Positions 11,924-21,711 of a DNA stretch of 64,000 bases are shown here, in pieces. The position numbers were made by a program, and so were the translations under genes. Source of the DNA: Cyanobacteria bacterium P01_D01_bin.156 (lineage in GTDB: Bacteria; Cyanobacteriota; Cyanobacteriia; Phormidesmidales; Phormidesmidaceae); NCBI GenBank assembly GCA_039024555.1, contig JBCCQQ010000015.1, positions 1 to 64,000 on the forward strand, read 5' to 3'. How positions within the stretch are numbered: position 1 is the first letter of the stretch; the number at the start of each line of letters is the position of its first letter. The notes under the pieces are model-generated. The model ran no database searches, was not told the origin of the DNA, and was given only the letters and a program-made list of their open reading frames with translations.

Positions 11924-13159
11924 CTAAAAAACAGTGCCGTCGCTCTGGATAGAAATAGGCGGTACACTCGTCGGTCGAAGTTCCTTAGCAATGCGACGCC
12001 CAGCAGCCCAGGTCCCCCCTTCTAGCACCTTGATTAACGGCAATTCATCAGCAGATTTTTTCAACAACTTCCGCACCCGTTCCCCAATCAGATCCAGCAT
12101 CACCACCGTTAGGGCACGCCATTCCACCACCACAGCAGAACTGGGCAGATGGGCCTGCTGAGTCACATCTGAATGTTTGGGCACCAGCAATCCCAAATCC
12201 ACACAGAGACCGCCATTGCGATATTCCGCCAGTCCCGTAAGGGCATTTAGATTAGTCACCGTAACCCCAGCCACCGTCAAGGGTTCCACTAGGGAGTAGG
12301 TCAGCCACTGGGAGAGTTTATGAAACGGCATAAGGTCTGTGCCTGGTCCTGTGTCCGGCAGGGCCGGGTGGGGCCACACATCCCCCAAATTCACACCCGC
12401 TAACGCCACACGACCGGGCCAGATAGAGCCAAAACTGCGTAACACTTCTGTGAGCAATACGCCCGCATCCATTGTGTTGCCATAGCGACCAATCCAATAG
12501 TCCAACAGATTGCCCAGCCGACCGGCCTTACCAAAGCGTTCCGGCTGACTGGCCAGGGTCTCCCCCAGCTTGTGCAACAGATTTAACCGACCGGATAACC
12601 CCACTAGAGGATTGTTACCACTCACCTGAAAAATCTGGCTCAGATCGCTTTCTGAAAGAGACATTAACCCAGCGGCATCCACCTGATGCAACGAGACAAA
12701 GTCAGTGGAAAAGAATCCCTGTTCAAAGGCGCGGAGACTGGCCACCGCCAGCCCCTCAGAACGGCTCAGCACCTGGTCTGTAGCCACATCGTGATACTGC
12801 CACTGGCTCCCGGCTCCAGCATCTAAAAGAACGCTAACAATGGCTAGGTCCAGCTGGGCTTTGGCCACTAAATGCCGTGTTTCCAAAGCGTCTGGAGCAT
12901 TAGGATCAAGCACTAAAGGCGGCGTTAACCTTGCCATCTCAAAGTGTCGCCAGCGGCTGTGGAACGGCACATCAAAGCTAGGGTAGAGCTGCTGGGTGGT
13001 CTCCACCACATAGTTGGCCACCGCATCCAGCCGAGAGAGATCACAGCGAAAATGCGCCAGCTGGTCCGCTTTGCATAAATCAAATAGCTGATGGGCGCGA
13101 TCGCGAATGGCCTGGGGACTTTGCAAATAGTCAATGGCCGTCTGTTCTGCTGATATCAT
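11924..13159 (-). CDS. URC4/urg3 family protein (DUF1688)
   Basis: [60 protein letters not shown] and SDGTVF motifs. Confidence 0.92.
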   Translation of the reverse strand: MISAEQTAIDYLQSPQAIRDRAHQLFDLCKADQLAHFRCDLSRLDAVANYVVETTQQLYPSFDVPFHSRWRHFEMARLTPPLVLDPNAPDALETRHLVAKAQLDLAIVSVLLDAGAGSQWQYHDVATDQVLSRSEGLAVASLRAFEQGFFSTDFVSLHQVDAAGLMSLSESDLSQIFQVSGNNPLVGLSGRLNLLHKLGETLASQPERFGKAGRLGNLLDYWIGRYGNTMDAGVLLTEVLRSFGSIWPGRVALAGVNLGDVWPHPALPDTGPGTDLMPFHKLSQWLTYSLVEPLTVAGVTVTNLNALTGLAEYRNGGLCVDLGLLVPKHSDVTQQAHLPSSAVVVEWRALTVVMLDLIGERVRKLLKKSADELPLIKVLEGGTWAAGRRIAKELRPTSVPPISIQSDGTVF

Positions 13160-13168
13160 GGCGACCTC

Positions 13169-14458
13169 CTAGGCGTCTTCGTAGACGTCTTCGTGGACGT
13201 CTTCATACTGTCGGCCCATGGTTGATTTCAGCACCGCTTCGTCAGGCACTTCTCCTTCGGTGTAGTAGCCCGCCGCCTTTTTCGCCTTCATTTCCACCTG
13301 GGCATCCGCCGGGATTAAGTCTTCTGGTATGGAAACCCGTTCAACAATTTCAATACCCGATTGGGTGACCGCGTCGTATTTTAAATTGCTCATGGACACA
13401 AACCGATCAATGCGGGTAATTCCCAGCCAGTGCATCACATCGGGCATCATCTCCTGAAACCGCATATCCTGAACACCGGCCACACATTCTGTGCGGGTAA
13501 AGTAGGTATCCGCCCGGTCTCCTCCCTCCTGGCGTTTGCGAGCGTTGTACACCAAAAACTTGGTTACTTCCCCTAGGGCACGACCCTCCTTACGGGCATA
13601 GATAATCACCCCTGCCCCACCGGACTGGGCGGTTTCCAACGCCACTTCGATGCCGTGCACCAGATAGGGACGACAGGTACAAATATCGGAGCCAAAGACA
13701 TCGGAGCCGTTGCACTCGTCATGGATGCGCACCGCCAGGGGCCGCTCCGGATCGGTAATCGCGTCAATGTCTCCCATAATGTAGACCGTATGGCCGCCAA
13801 TGGGGGGTAAGAACACCTGTAAATCGGGGCGCGTCACCAGCTCAGGAAACATGCCACCAGTCTGCTCAAACAGGTGGCGACGCAGCTCGCTTTCCTTCAC
13901 CCCAAATCGTTGAGCAATACCCGGCAAGTGCCACACGGGTTCAATGGCCGCCTTTGTTACTACCAGCTCGCCACCGGATTTAAGGATTTTGCCATCCACC
14001 TGAATGCGGCCCTGATTAACCGCCTCCTGCAGTTCTGGAATGTTGATGTGGGCCTTAGTAATGGCAATGGATGGACGAATGTCGTAACCCTCTGCCCTCA
14101 GGTCTGCAAATAGGTCATTATCTAGGGCACCAAAGGGATCGAGGGAAATAATTTTGTCCGCCTGCGTCCAGCTGGGGTGGGGGCCAATGGAAACGGTGGG
14201 GGACGTATTGGTTAAATCTGCACGGTGGCTGCGCTCCAGGCTACCGCTAGCCACTGCCAGGGCGCGATACACGGCATAGCCGCCAGAATGGGTACCAATC
14301 ACATTGCGATGGGCGCGATTACCTAGGGTGGCCACCACAGGTCCCCGTTCCTTCGGATCTGCCTTCCCCCACTGAATGGGAATGGACTCTTCACCAAAAC
14401 TGCCTGGATGGGACGTTAGAACAATGTGCTTATGCCGAGGCGACTGTGTCTGTGCCAT
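13169..14458 (-). CDS. URC1/urg1-type GTP cyclohydrolase II-like protein
   Basis: N-terminal extension (RGPVVAT..RNVIGTHSG) plus RIHDECNGSDVFGSDICTC Zn motif and EGRALG. Confidence 0.92.
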   Translation of the reverse strand: MAQTQSPRHKHIVLTSHPGSFGEESIPIQWGKADPKERGPVVATLGNRAHRNVIGTHSGGYAVYRALAVASGSLERSHRADLTNTSPTVSIGPHPSWTQADKIISLDPFGALDNDLFADLRAEGYDIRPSIAITKAHINIPELQEAVNQGRIQVDGKILKSGGELVVTKAAIEPVWHLPGIAQRFGVKESELRRHLFEQTGGMFPELVTRPDLQVFLPPIGGHTVYIMGDIDAITDPERPLAVRIHDECNGSDVFGSDICTCRPYLVHGIEVALETAQSGGAGVIIYARKEGRALGEVTKFLVYNARKRQEGGDRADTYFTRTECVAGVQDMRFQEMMPDVMHWLGITRIDRFVSMSNLKYDAVTQSGIEIVERVSIPEDLIPADAQVEMKAKKAAGYYTEGEVPDEAVLKSTMGRQYEDVHEDVYEDA

Positions 14459-14532
14459 GGTAGAACCCGTTTGTCAACGAATCCTGCATTATCCTACATA
14501 GCTAGCATTTGCACTGTGATTGAAGTAGCAAT

Positions 14533-15921
14533 CTAGCGGTCTGTTTGTTGATAGCTGGTGAGCCGAGGCACATAGAAGCTGGCAATTACCGCCATACACA
14601 TCCACCACAGCGTACTGACCTGGGGCCGATACCACACCGTATCCACCAGACCGTGCACCAACATACCAAAACAGGTTGCGATCGCGCCAATCAACCAATA
14701 GCCCTGACTGTTCATATCCATCCGCAGTCGCCGTAGCTGATACAGCCCCTGGTAAAACGTGGTGGCCAACAGCCATAAAAATGCCGTAAACCCAATAATG
14801 CCAGCTTCCACCAAATGCTCTAAAAATACAGAATAGGCACTGAGTGCTGTGTAGTTAGGCCGCTGGAAAAATGGATAGACCTTATTAAAGGCATCATTCC
14901 CCGGCCCAATGCCCAACACCGGTCGGGCTCGAACCATAGCCATCGCCCCTTGCCACACATTGATGCGAAAGTTGTTGCTGCTGTCGCCACGACCGGCAAA
15001 CATGGTCATCACCCGTTCTCGCACCGGCCCCACAAACAGCACGGCAAACAATACTAAACCGGCCATGGTTCCCAATAGCAAGGGCAAGGCCCATCGTCTC
15101 CAAAAGGAAGGAAACAGTTCACTCCACCAGTACACCAGCAGCATGGCCAACACAAAAAATAACCCCAGCAGCCCGATCCACCCACCCCGGCTGTAGCTCA
15201 GCACCAAACAGGCCAGGTTGAGAAAGAATGCGATCGCAGCCAAGACTTTAGGCAGCCAGCGGGGCCATACAAAAAAAGCACTGACACTTAGGGCCACCGC
15301 AGGCATCAAATAGGCCGCCAACAGATTTGGATTTCCTAAATAACTATAGACTCGGGTAGCCCCCGACAAATTTGTTGTGGGGTCTACCCAAGTAGCTAAT
15401 GCTTCTGCTCCAAAAAAGTACTGACGCATGCCATAGACAACCACAGGCAATGTCGCCAATACATATACTGACAGCACCCCCGTCCGTAGCTTAGGCTTTC
15501 GCAACACTCGCGCTAGCAACATAAACAACAACAGGTTGAGGGTAAGTTTAATTAACCCAGATACCGCTGCTGCCCTCACGGGCGACAGGGCCGTTGCCAG
15601 TACCATGATGCCCCAGTAAATCGTGACGCCCAAATGAATGGGGGTAAGCCAACCGTTGGCCTCATCACTCACCGTTAGCAGCATCCACAGAGCGGCACAG
15701 AGCATCAGCAAAATACCGATCAGCGTCGTGGAAGTATACGGGGATAGCACCAGCAATACCGCCATAATACCCGCTGCTATCCAGTCACCATAGGCCAGCA
15801 GACTACTGCCCTGGCGCCACTGACGTAGGGGAGACAGCAACCGGTGAATAAGGCTCACCTGTCGCCACTGGTGAAGCGAAAACTGACCAAAGGTAAGCGT
15901 ACGCACTACTGGGTCAATCAT
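14533..15921 (-). CDS. ictB: IctB family protein (O-antigen ligase-like membrane protein)
   Basis: RVYSYLGNPNLLAAYL, SRGGW, RGDSSNNFRINVW, GIGPGN and DTVWYRPQ motifs. Confidence 0.93.
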   Translation of the reverse strand: MIDPVVRTLTFGQFSLHQWRQVSLIHRLLSPLRQWRQGSSLLAYGDWIAAGIMAVLLVLSPYTSTTLIGILLMLCAALWMLLTVSDEANGWLTPIHLGVTIYWGIMVLATALSPVRAAAVSGLIKLTLNLLLFMLLARVLRKPKLRTGVLSVYVLATLPVVVYGMRQYFFGAEALATWVDPTTNLSGATRVYSYLGNPNLLAAYLMPAVALSVSAFFVWPRWLPKVLAAIAFFLNLACLVLSYSRGGWIGLLGLFFVLAMLLVYWWSELFPSFWRRWALPLLLGTMAGLVLFAVLFVGPVRERVMTMFAGRGDSSNNFRINVWQGAMAMVRARPVLGIGPGNDAFNKVYPFFQRPNYTALSAYSVFLEHLVEAGIIGFTAFLWLLATTFYQGLYQLRRLRMDMNSQGYWLIGAIATCFGMLVHGLVDTVWYRPQVSTLWWMCMAVIASFYVPRLTSYQQTDR

Positions 15922-16119
15922 TTAGAAAGGCCGACTACAAAACATGCGCCTGTATAGTAGCGGGTCGGTGCATCTTCCCTCAAGCGGCAGTGGGCAATCC
16001 CTTTTGAATCCAAGAGATCGCCTTTCACAGGAACTTGTGCTCTATTTATATTTACATATCTAGAAATCTAGATACAATTATAGTGCTTAAAGCAGGGGTA
16101 GGCATTATCTAGCAGGCTC

Positions 16120-16422
16120 ATGAACGAAATTCAGATCATGAAAGCATTAGCTCATCCAAAAAGGCTGAGCATATTACAGTGGCTCAAATCTCCAGAAGAA
16201 CATTTTCCCCCTCACCAGGAAGTAGACGGGTTCAAACAGGGAGTTTGTGTCGGGTTCATTCAGGCCAAAGTAGGTCTTTCTCAATCAGTAACGTCGCAGT
16301 ATATGACCCTTCTTCACCAAGCAGAGTTAGTGATTCCTACCCGTATTGGTAAATGGACCTACTATCGACGCAACGAAGAGACGATAGCCAAGTTTAGTAG
16401 CTACATTAGTCAGTCGCTATAG
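16120..16422 (+). CDS. ArsR/SmtB-family transcriptional regulator
   Basis: KALAHPKRLSIL..GVCVG..LSQS..SQY..L...RIGKWTYYRR winged helix-turn-helix. Confidence 0.9.
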   Translation: MNEIQIMKALAHPKRLSILQWLKSPEEHFPPHQEVDGFKQGVCVGFIQAKVGLSQSVTSQYMTLLHQAELVIPTRIGKWTYYRRNEETIAKFSSYISQSL

Positions 16423-16462
16423 ATGGGGAGTAATTCTATGAGTCTAATTTTTAACAAACCCT

Positions 16463-17272
16463 ATGCTAGTACTTGATCAACGCTTTACATTCCAGGAACA
16501 AGCAATCGCTTGGGGCCGTGTTGGAGAAGGAGACCCGGTAGTCTTAATCCATGGATTTCCTTGGTCGGCCCAAGCCTGGCGAAATATTGTTCCTTGGATT
16601 GCGAAAACCCACCAAGTATATTTCTTCGACATGCTAGGTTGTGGTCTTTCCGAGAAACACAATAATCAGATCGTTTCTGAACATGTCCAAAGCGATTTAC
16701 TAGAAGCATTAATTGAGTTTTGGCAATTGGATAAACCACAGGTGGTTGCTCATGACTTTGGGGGGTTAGCCGCTCTACGTGGACACTTTATTAACAAGAT
16801 TCCCTATGGGGCACTACACCTAATAGATGCTGTTGCGGTACTGCCATCAGGGTCTCCCTTTTACGCCCATGTTGCCCATTACGAAGAGGCGTTTGCTGGA
16901 CTTCCCGCCTATGCCCACGAGGCTCTATTTCAGGCATACATTCAAAAAGCAGCCCATTACCCGCTGCGTGAAGAAGCTATAGAGATTTATGCCGCCCCTT
17001 GGCGTGGGAATATAGGCCAGGCTGCGTTTTATCGGCAAATTGCCCAAGCCAACATCCAGAATATTGCAGACGTACAAAAGCTGTACAAGAAACCAGATTT
17101 TGAGGTCCACCTGATCTGGGGCGAGAACGACACATTTATCCCACTCGAACAGGGACGCGAACTGCAAAATCTGCTGACTGCAGACAGCTTTACCATTATT
17201 CAAAATGCTGCTCACATTGTCCAGGAGGATGCGCCAGAAGCCATCGTATGCACACTTCTACAAAACCTGTAA
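16463..17272 (+). CDS. Alpha/beta-fold hydrolase
   Basis: HGFP, DMLGCG, AHDFGG nucleophile elbow, WGENDTF and AHIVQED motifs. Confidence 0.92.
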   Translation: MLVLDQRFTFQEQAIAWGRVGEGDPVVLIHGFPWSAQAWRNIVPWIAKTHQVYFFDMLGCGLSEKHNNQIVSEHVQSDLLEALIEFWQLDKPQVVAHDFGGLAALRGHFINKIPYGALHLIDAVAVLPSGSPFYAHVAHYEEAFAGLPAYAHEALFQAYIQKAAHYPLREEAIEIYAAPWRGNIGQAAFYRQIAQANIQNIADVQKLYKKPDFEVHLIWGENDTFIPLEQGRELQNLLTADSFTIIQNAAHIVQEDAPEAIVCTLLQNL

Positions 17273-17468
17273 GGGGTTGTGGCAGCGTTCTTGTTAGTTT
17301 GCCAACAACATTCTGATGTGCCGTTACACCATATATTTTTGCTGTTCTGCCTGAAACTGTTCAGGGTTAATGACGAGGTCAGTGCCAGTACCATCCACTA
17401 GAGCAATGAGTGCATTAGCTTCAAACTCTAGATTCAGAGTTGTTTTCTTGAAAGGAATTAGTTCAAAG

Positions 17469-17936
17469 ATGATCAGACGTACTGTTGAATCCGATCACGA
17501 TGCCTTGATTGAATTGGCTAATGCCTCTGGTCTTTTTGCATCAGAGCAGACCGAACTACTGTCAGAGATGCTGGGATCTCCCGGAAAGGAGGATATTTGG
17601 TTTACAGATGATGATGGAATAGGGCCGGTTGGTGTGGCCTACATGGCTCCTGAAAAGATGACCCACGGGACTTGGAACCTTTACTGGATAGCAGTTCACC
17701 CGAACCAACAACGACAAGGGCGGGGGAAGACAATGCTCAGTTACGTTCAGCATTGGCTGATGGCGCGGGGAGAAAGAATTCTTTTGGTTGAGACCGCAGG
17801 TACTGATGATTTTGACTATGTCCGCAGGTTCTACGCTAATAATGGCTTTGAGAACGAAGCTCGGATTCGCGACTTTTACGATAGCGGAGTAGATAAAATT
17901 GTTTTTCGTAAAGCGCTTGCACCAAGCAATACGTAA
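17469..17936 (+). CDS. GNAT family N-acetyltransferase
   Basis: LYWIAVHP.QQRQGRG and RRFY..NGF motifs; ATG at 17469 has an AAAGGA RBS. Confidence 0.9.
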   Translation: MIRRTVESDHDALIELANASGLFASEQTELLSEMLGSPGKEDIWFTDDDGIGPVGVAYMAPEKMTHGTWNLYWIAVHPNQQRQGRGKTMLSYVQHWLMARGERILLVETAGTDDFDYVRRFYANNGFENEARIRDFYDSGVDKIVFRKALAPSNT

Positions 17937-18045
17937 CAAACGCTGTACCAGAATTTTCTAAATCGCCAAGTTTTACTATTACAGGGTTTTATTCTCTGTC
18001 CTAAGATAAGAGTTAGGTTTGGCGAAATAATAATAGGCAAGCTTT

Positions 18046-18678
18046 ATGAAAAGCCCTATTTTCTTTGATCTAGATGGCACTCTCACTGATCCAAAAATAG
18101 GGATCACTAAGTCGATACAGTTTGCGCTTCAGAGACTCAACTGCGAAGTTCCTGAAGCTGATGAATTAGTTTGGTGTATTGGTCCCCCTCTGCAGACCAG
18201 TTTTGAGACTTTGGTTGGCAAAGAGCTGACGTCACAGGCAATAGCCCTGTATCGAGAACGATTTTCGCAAGTAGGCTGGTCAGAGAACAGCCCCTATCAA
18301 GGGATTGCTCACGTACTGGAAAGTCTGCGTGGTCTTCAAATACCTCTTTATGTTGCAACTAGCAAACCCCACCTATTTGCCAAGAGAATTCTTGAACACT
18401 TTGAGTTGAGCCAATATTTCCAGGCAGTATTTGGGGCGGAATTAGATGGAACCCATGCTCAGAAAACGGAGCTACTGAAATACGCATTAAAGGAAACCCT
18501 CTCTCCAGCAAACTCTACAATGGTCGGCGACCGGAAGCATGATGTGATAGGTGCTCAAAATAATGGAATGAATACTATTGGAGTAACCTACGGATATGGT
18601 GCTTACACAGAACTACAGGCTGCAGGTGCTCAAAGAATTGTGAGTTCTCCAGCTGAGATACTTGAATACTTTCGTTAG
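18046..18678 (+). CDS. HAD-family hydrolase (phosphoglycolate phosphatase / 5'-nucleotidase-like)
   Basis: FDLDGTLTD, ATSK and MVGDRKHD motifs. Confidence 0.92.
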   Translation: MKSPIFFDLDGTLTDPKIGITKSIQFALQRLNCEVPEADELVWCIGPPLQTSFETLVGKELTSQAIALYRERFSQVGWSENSPYQGIAHVLESLRGLQIPLYVATSKPHLFAKRILEHFELSQYFQAVFGAELDGTHAQKTELLKYALKETLSPANSTMVGDRKHDVIGAQNNGMNTIGVTYGYGAYTELQAAGAQRIVSSPAEILEYFR

Positions 18679-18753
18679 TATAACAATGTGAACGTTTTGA
18701 GGATCAGCAATGGCAAGATTATCTAACAGTTGAATAAAGCGTGAAGATCAGCT

Positions 18754-19329
18754 CTATTCAAGTAGCAGCCTTAAAGCACGACGAACATAGGCCGTCCAAG
18801 ATTCTGTAAGTGGAAAGATCAATGCGTAGAGCATAATGCCGCTCATTGTGTCGAAAACCAGACCTGAATCGATGTCTGTTGAAATTTCACTTCTTTCTTT
18901 TGCTCGTTTGATAACAATATCAAACGCTTCTCGTCGGGGTTGCAGATACTTGTCCCAATAAATTTGAGCAAACTCTGGATTACTCGATGCACTGCTGATA
19001 ATCATGGCAACAGCCTGCCGCCCAAGGGGGGTAAGGGTTATTTGCGCAGCATTTTCAATCAGTGCATTCATATCGTCCCAAAGGGTTCCTGTATCAGGAA
19101 TTAATACCTCCTCCCGCATACTTTCAATGGCATCAGCAACCAGTTCATCTTTACTGCTATAACGCCGATAGATGGTTGTCTTTCCCACACCAGCACGAGT
19201 TGAGATCGCTTCTATACTCATCGCCTCAAATCCAACTTCTGCTAATAGCTCTAGCGTTGCTTTCAGCATTGCTTGGTGAGATGCCTTGCTGCGCGGTCTT
19301 CCTGGTGATTTTTTTCGAACGTCATTCAT
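18754..19329 (-). CDS. TetR/AcrR-family transcriptional regulator
   Basis: GRPR...G..AMSIEAI..RAGVGKTTIYRRY helix-turn-helix. Confidence 0.93.
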   Translation of the reverse strand: MNDVRKKSPGRPRSKASHQAMLKATLELLAEVGFEAMSIEAISTRAGVGKTTIYRRYSSKDELVADAIESMREEVLIPDTGTLWDDMNALIENAAQITLTPLGRQAVAMIISSASSNPEFAQIYWDKYLQPRREAFDIVIKRAKERSEISTDIDSGLVFDTMSGIMLYALIFPLTESWTAYVRRALRLLLE

Positions 19330-19344
19330 AGGTGCTACTATAAT

Positions 19345-19368
19345 TTACGATACAGTGTCGTATCGAAA
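19345..19368. promoter_or_regulatory. Putative TetR operator in a 43-bp divergent intergenic region
   Basis: Inverted repeat CGATAC-N6-GTATCG between the divergent start codons. Confidence 0.6.
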
Positions 19369-19372
19369 TAAA

Positions 19373-19861
19373 ATGAGCCCAAAACCTGGTTACATGGATA
19401 AGCGGAGTTCTCAAACCTTGCGAGAGGGATTGGTAGAGTACTATGCTCTCAATCCACATGTTACTGATCCGGCGACACAACCCTCAGATTTTGGAAAAAT
19501 CTTGCGAGCACACGATATTGGGCACGTGATCTATGGGTGTGACACGGGTATGTACGATGAACTAAAAATTCTGCCGCTATTTTGGTGGACGAGTGAATGT
19601 ACGTTTCAGGTGTACTTAACCATGAAAAACTCTCCTGCCGTTGATGTAATGTACGAGGACATGATTAGGGAGAAAGGGGTCCTCTGGCTATATGGAGCCG
19701 TTTTAAGAGTGCTTCCTGGGGTGATTGTAGAATTAATTCCAATCTGGTTTAAAACTCGCAATCGTCAAAAACGTTTGCCATTTCTTGAGTTTGAAGCATT
19801 GCTTGATCGTTCTCTCTTAGATATTCGCCAAGAGTTCTCCCTGTTATCTTTAATAGGATAA
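19373..19861 (+). CDS. Hypothetical protein with Coq4-like HDxxH metal-binding motif
   Basis: AHDIGHVIYGCDT...DE motif; ATG at 19373 avoids overlap with tetR. Confidence 0.65.
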   Translation: MSPKPGYMDKRSSQTLREGLVEYYALNPHVTDPATQPSDFGKILRAHDIGHVIYGCDTGMYDELKILPLFWWTSECTFQVYLTMKNSPAVDVMYEDMIREKGVLWLYGAVLRVLPGVIVELIPIWFKTRNRQKRLPFLEFEALLDRSLLDIRQEFSLLSLIG

Positions 19862-19940
19862 ATCTTGAAACTTTAGAGTATACAGAAACCGGATTTTTAC
19901 GCTCTGGTTTCTAGGTGATAGATTCAGCGCACTAGCACCA

Positions 19941-20786
19941 TTAATGAGCCGTGGTCCAGCTAGACTCAAGGTATTTCACCACACTATCGTCCCGATGATG
20001 ACCAATAATTTCGGTTGCATGCTGTTGCAGTTCTACAGTGGCATTCGCTGTAGCTACGGCAACATCCGCTAACTGGAACATGGAAATGTCATTATTGTGA
20101 TCGCCGAATACAGTGAGCTTATGGTCCTGCAAATTGTGTAGAGATCGCAGTTCTCGAATACCGTTTGCTTTTGTTGCCCCCTGATCCTGTAGTGTGAGCC
20201 AATACCAGTCAGGCTGGTAAGGGTTTTCAAACAAGTGCATATCCAGACGACAGGGAAAGCGCTGTAATAATGCCTGGGCCAATTGCTCTAAGCGAATCTT
20301 AGTATCAATCAGGGTAAACCGCATTACCCGCTCGCTCAAAATCGTTTTCATGTTGGGGCAACAGTGCCAGCGGCCATCTTCATTACGTGCGGCATCGTCT
20401 ATGTACCAACGAATCCCAGGGTTCACCTCGGTTGAAAAATAAACATGATCGTCCTGACCATTGTAGGTAGAAAGCAGGGGACTAATTTTATGATGCTGTA
20501 CCACATCTAAGATATCGGTTGCCAGGTCTGTGGCAATGTCATTTACAAACAAATGCTGGCCAGTAGTCAAGTCAGTAATATAAGCTCCATTCAATTCAAT
20601 GACCGGCAATAACAGATTTACTCCCTCAAAAATAGGTCTAACAGAACTTACACTGCGGGAGGTGGCAATTGTGAAGGGAAGTCCCGAGGCTAGCAAACGA
20701 TTTAATGTGTTTCGAGTATACCCGGAGAGGGTAGCTGTTGATGTCAGTAAGGTGCCATCTAGATCAGAAACATAGAGGGTAGGCAT
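19941..20786 (-). CDS. Cof-type HAD-IIB hydrolase
   Basis: SDLDGTLL, ATSR, NGA, TKANGI and FGDHNNDISMF motifs. Confidence 0.92.
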   Translation of the reverse strand: MPTLYVSDLDGTLLTSTATLSGYTRNTLNRLLASGLPFTIATSRSVSSVRPIFEGVNLLLPVIELNGAYITDLTTGQHLFVNDIATDLATDILDVVQHHKISPLLSTYNGQDDHVYFSTEVNPGIRWYIDDAARNEDGRWHCCPNMKTILSERVMRFTLIDTKIRLEQLAQALLQRFPCRLDMHLFENPYQPDWYWLTLQDQGATKANGIRELRSLHNLQDHKLTVFGDHNNDISMFQLADVAVATANATVELQQHATEIIGHHRDDSVVKYLESSWTTAH

Positions 20787-21013
20787 AGAGAATAGTTGAT
20801 ATAGAAAAACTGGGGATACTTAGGAGTGATCGACCAGGGGCTACCTAGTTATGACAGGTATACAATACTCATGTCTAGATTAGCTGAGGTTACTTTATTT
20901 CTGAATAGATGCGGGTTAGTCGCCTTATGGTTGTAGAAGTTTATTAGGACACGACTACTTCATCAACGTCTTAAAAAATACATTTCCCGTAGTAATTTTA
21001 CTGACCCTTTTCC

Positions 21014-21454
21014 ATGCCCGCTAGCACCCAGAATCACCGTACCCATCTTAGAGAACTCGGATGTATTGGTATTGTAGCGGTGACGATGTTAGGAATTGGT
21101 AGCCTCTGGTTACTAGCCCCCAATTGGGTTGATAATCGCAATCCTGTAATGCAACCCCACATGACCGAAGTTGCCTGGGATTGGGGGCAGTTTGCACCGC
21201 TACCACCATCCGCCGAGGATTTTCAGATTATGACCTCTGGTAGCTCATTTTCTAGAACTTTTAGTGGCTCCTTTAAAGCTGAACAAGTTGTTCTAGAACG
21301 CTGGATTCAAGATTCTCCTGGTTTGAACTTCGATCAAGGGGTACAGCTTGAGTCGGGCCATATACGCTATGCCATTGAGGCTAGAAACGGCTTTGGTTCA
21401 GTCGAGCTAGATACCTTGGACAAAATTATTTATTTTCAGGTTTCTTGGAGCTGA
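21014..21454 (+). CDS. Hypothetical membrane-anchored protein
   Basis: 146-aa ORF with N-terminal hydrophobic helix; no family recognised. Confidence 0.65.
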   Translation: MPASTQNHRTHLRELGCIGIVAVTMLGIGSLWLLAPNWVDNRNPVMQPHMTEVAWDWGQFAPLPPSAEDFQIMTSGSSFSRTFSGSFKAEQVVLERWIQDSPGLNFDQGVQLESGHIRYAIEARNGFGSVELDTLDKIIYFQVSWS

Positions 21455-21711
21455 AAATTTGTCCACAAAATTGAAAGTGTTTTCTTTCAAAAGAATATAT
21501 CTTGAAAGTCTTAAATATTGATTGCTGTGTGTGCTTCAATCTGTTGAATATATTCGGAGATTTTGCCGATTGAGTTTAGCTTTGTCAATTTGCGCAAAAA
21601 TCCCTACAAATTGCAGCAACAAACCGGGGCAATCTTAAGTATCTCGAACCCTATAAATTCAACATTTCAAGCTACTAATCAACCTGACCTCAGTGTCAGG
21701 TATTTGTAACT

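Noticed and set aside
13169..14458. Riboflavin ribA call
   Set aside because: The long N-terminal extension and linkage to URC4 and upp indicate the URC1 subfamily.
14459..15921. ictB as part of the URC pathway
   Set aside because: It is co-oriented and only 74 bp away, but IctB is a widely conserved envelope-related gene with no functional link evident from the sequence.
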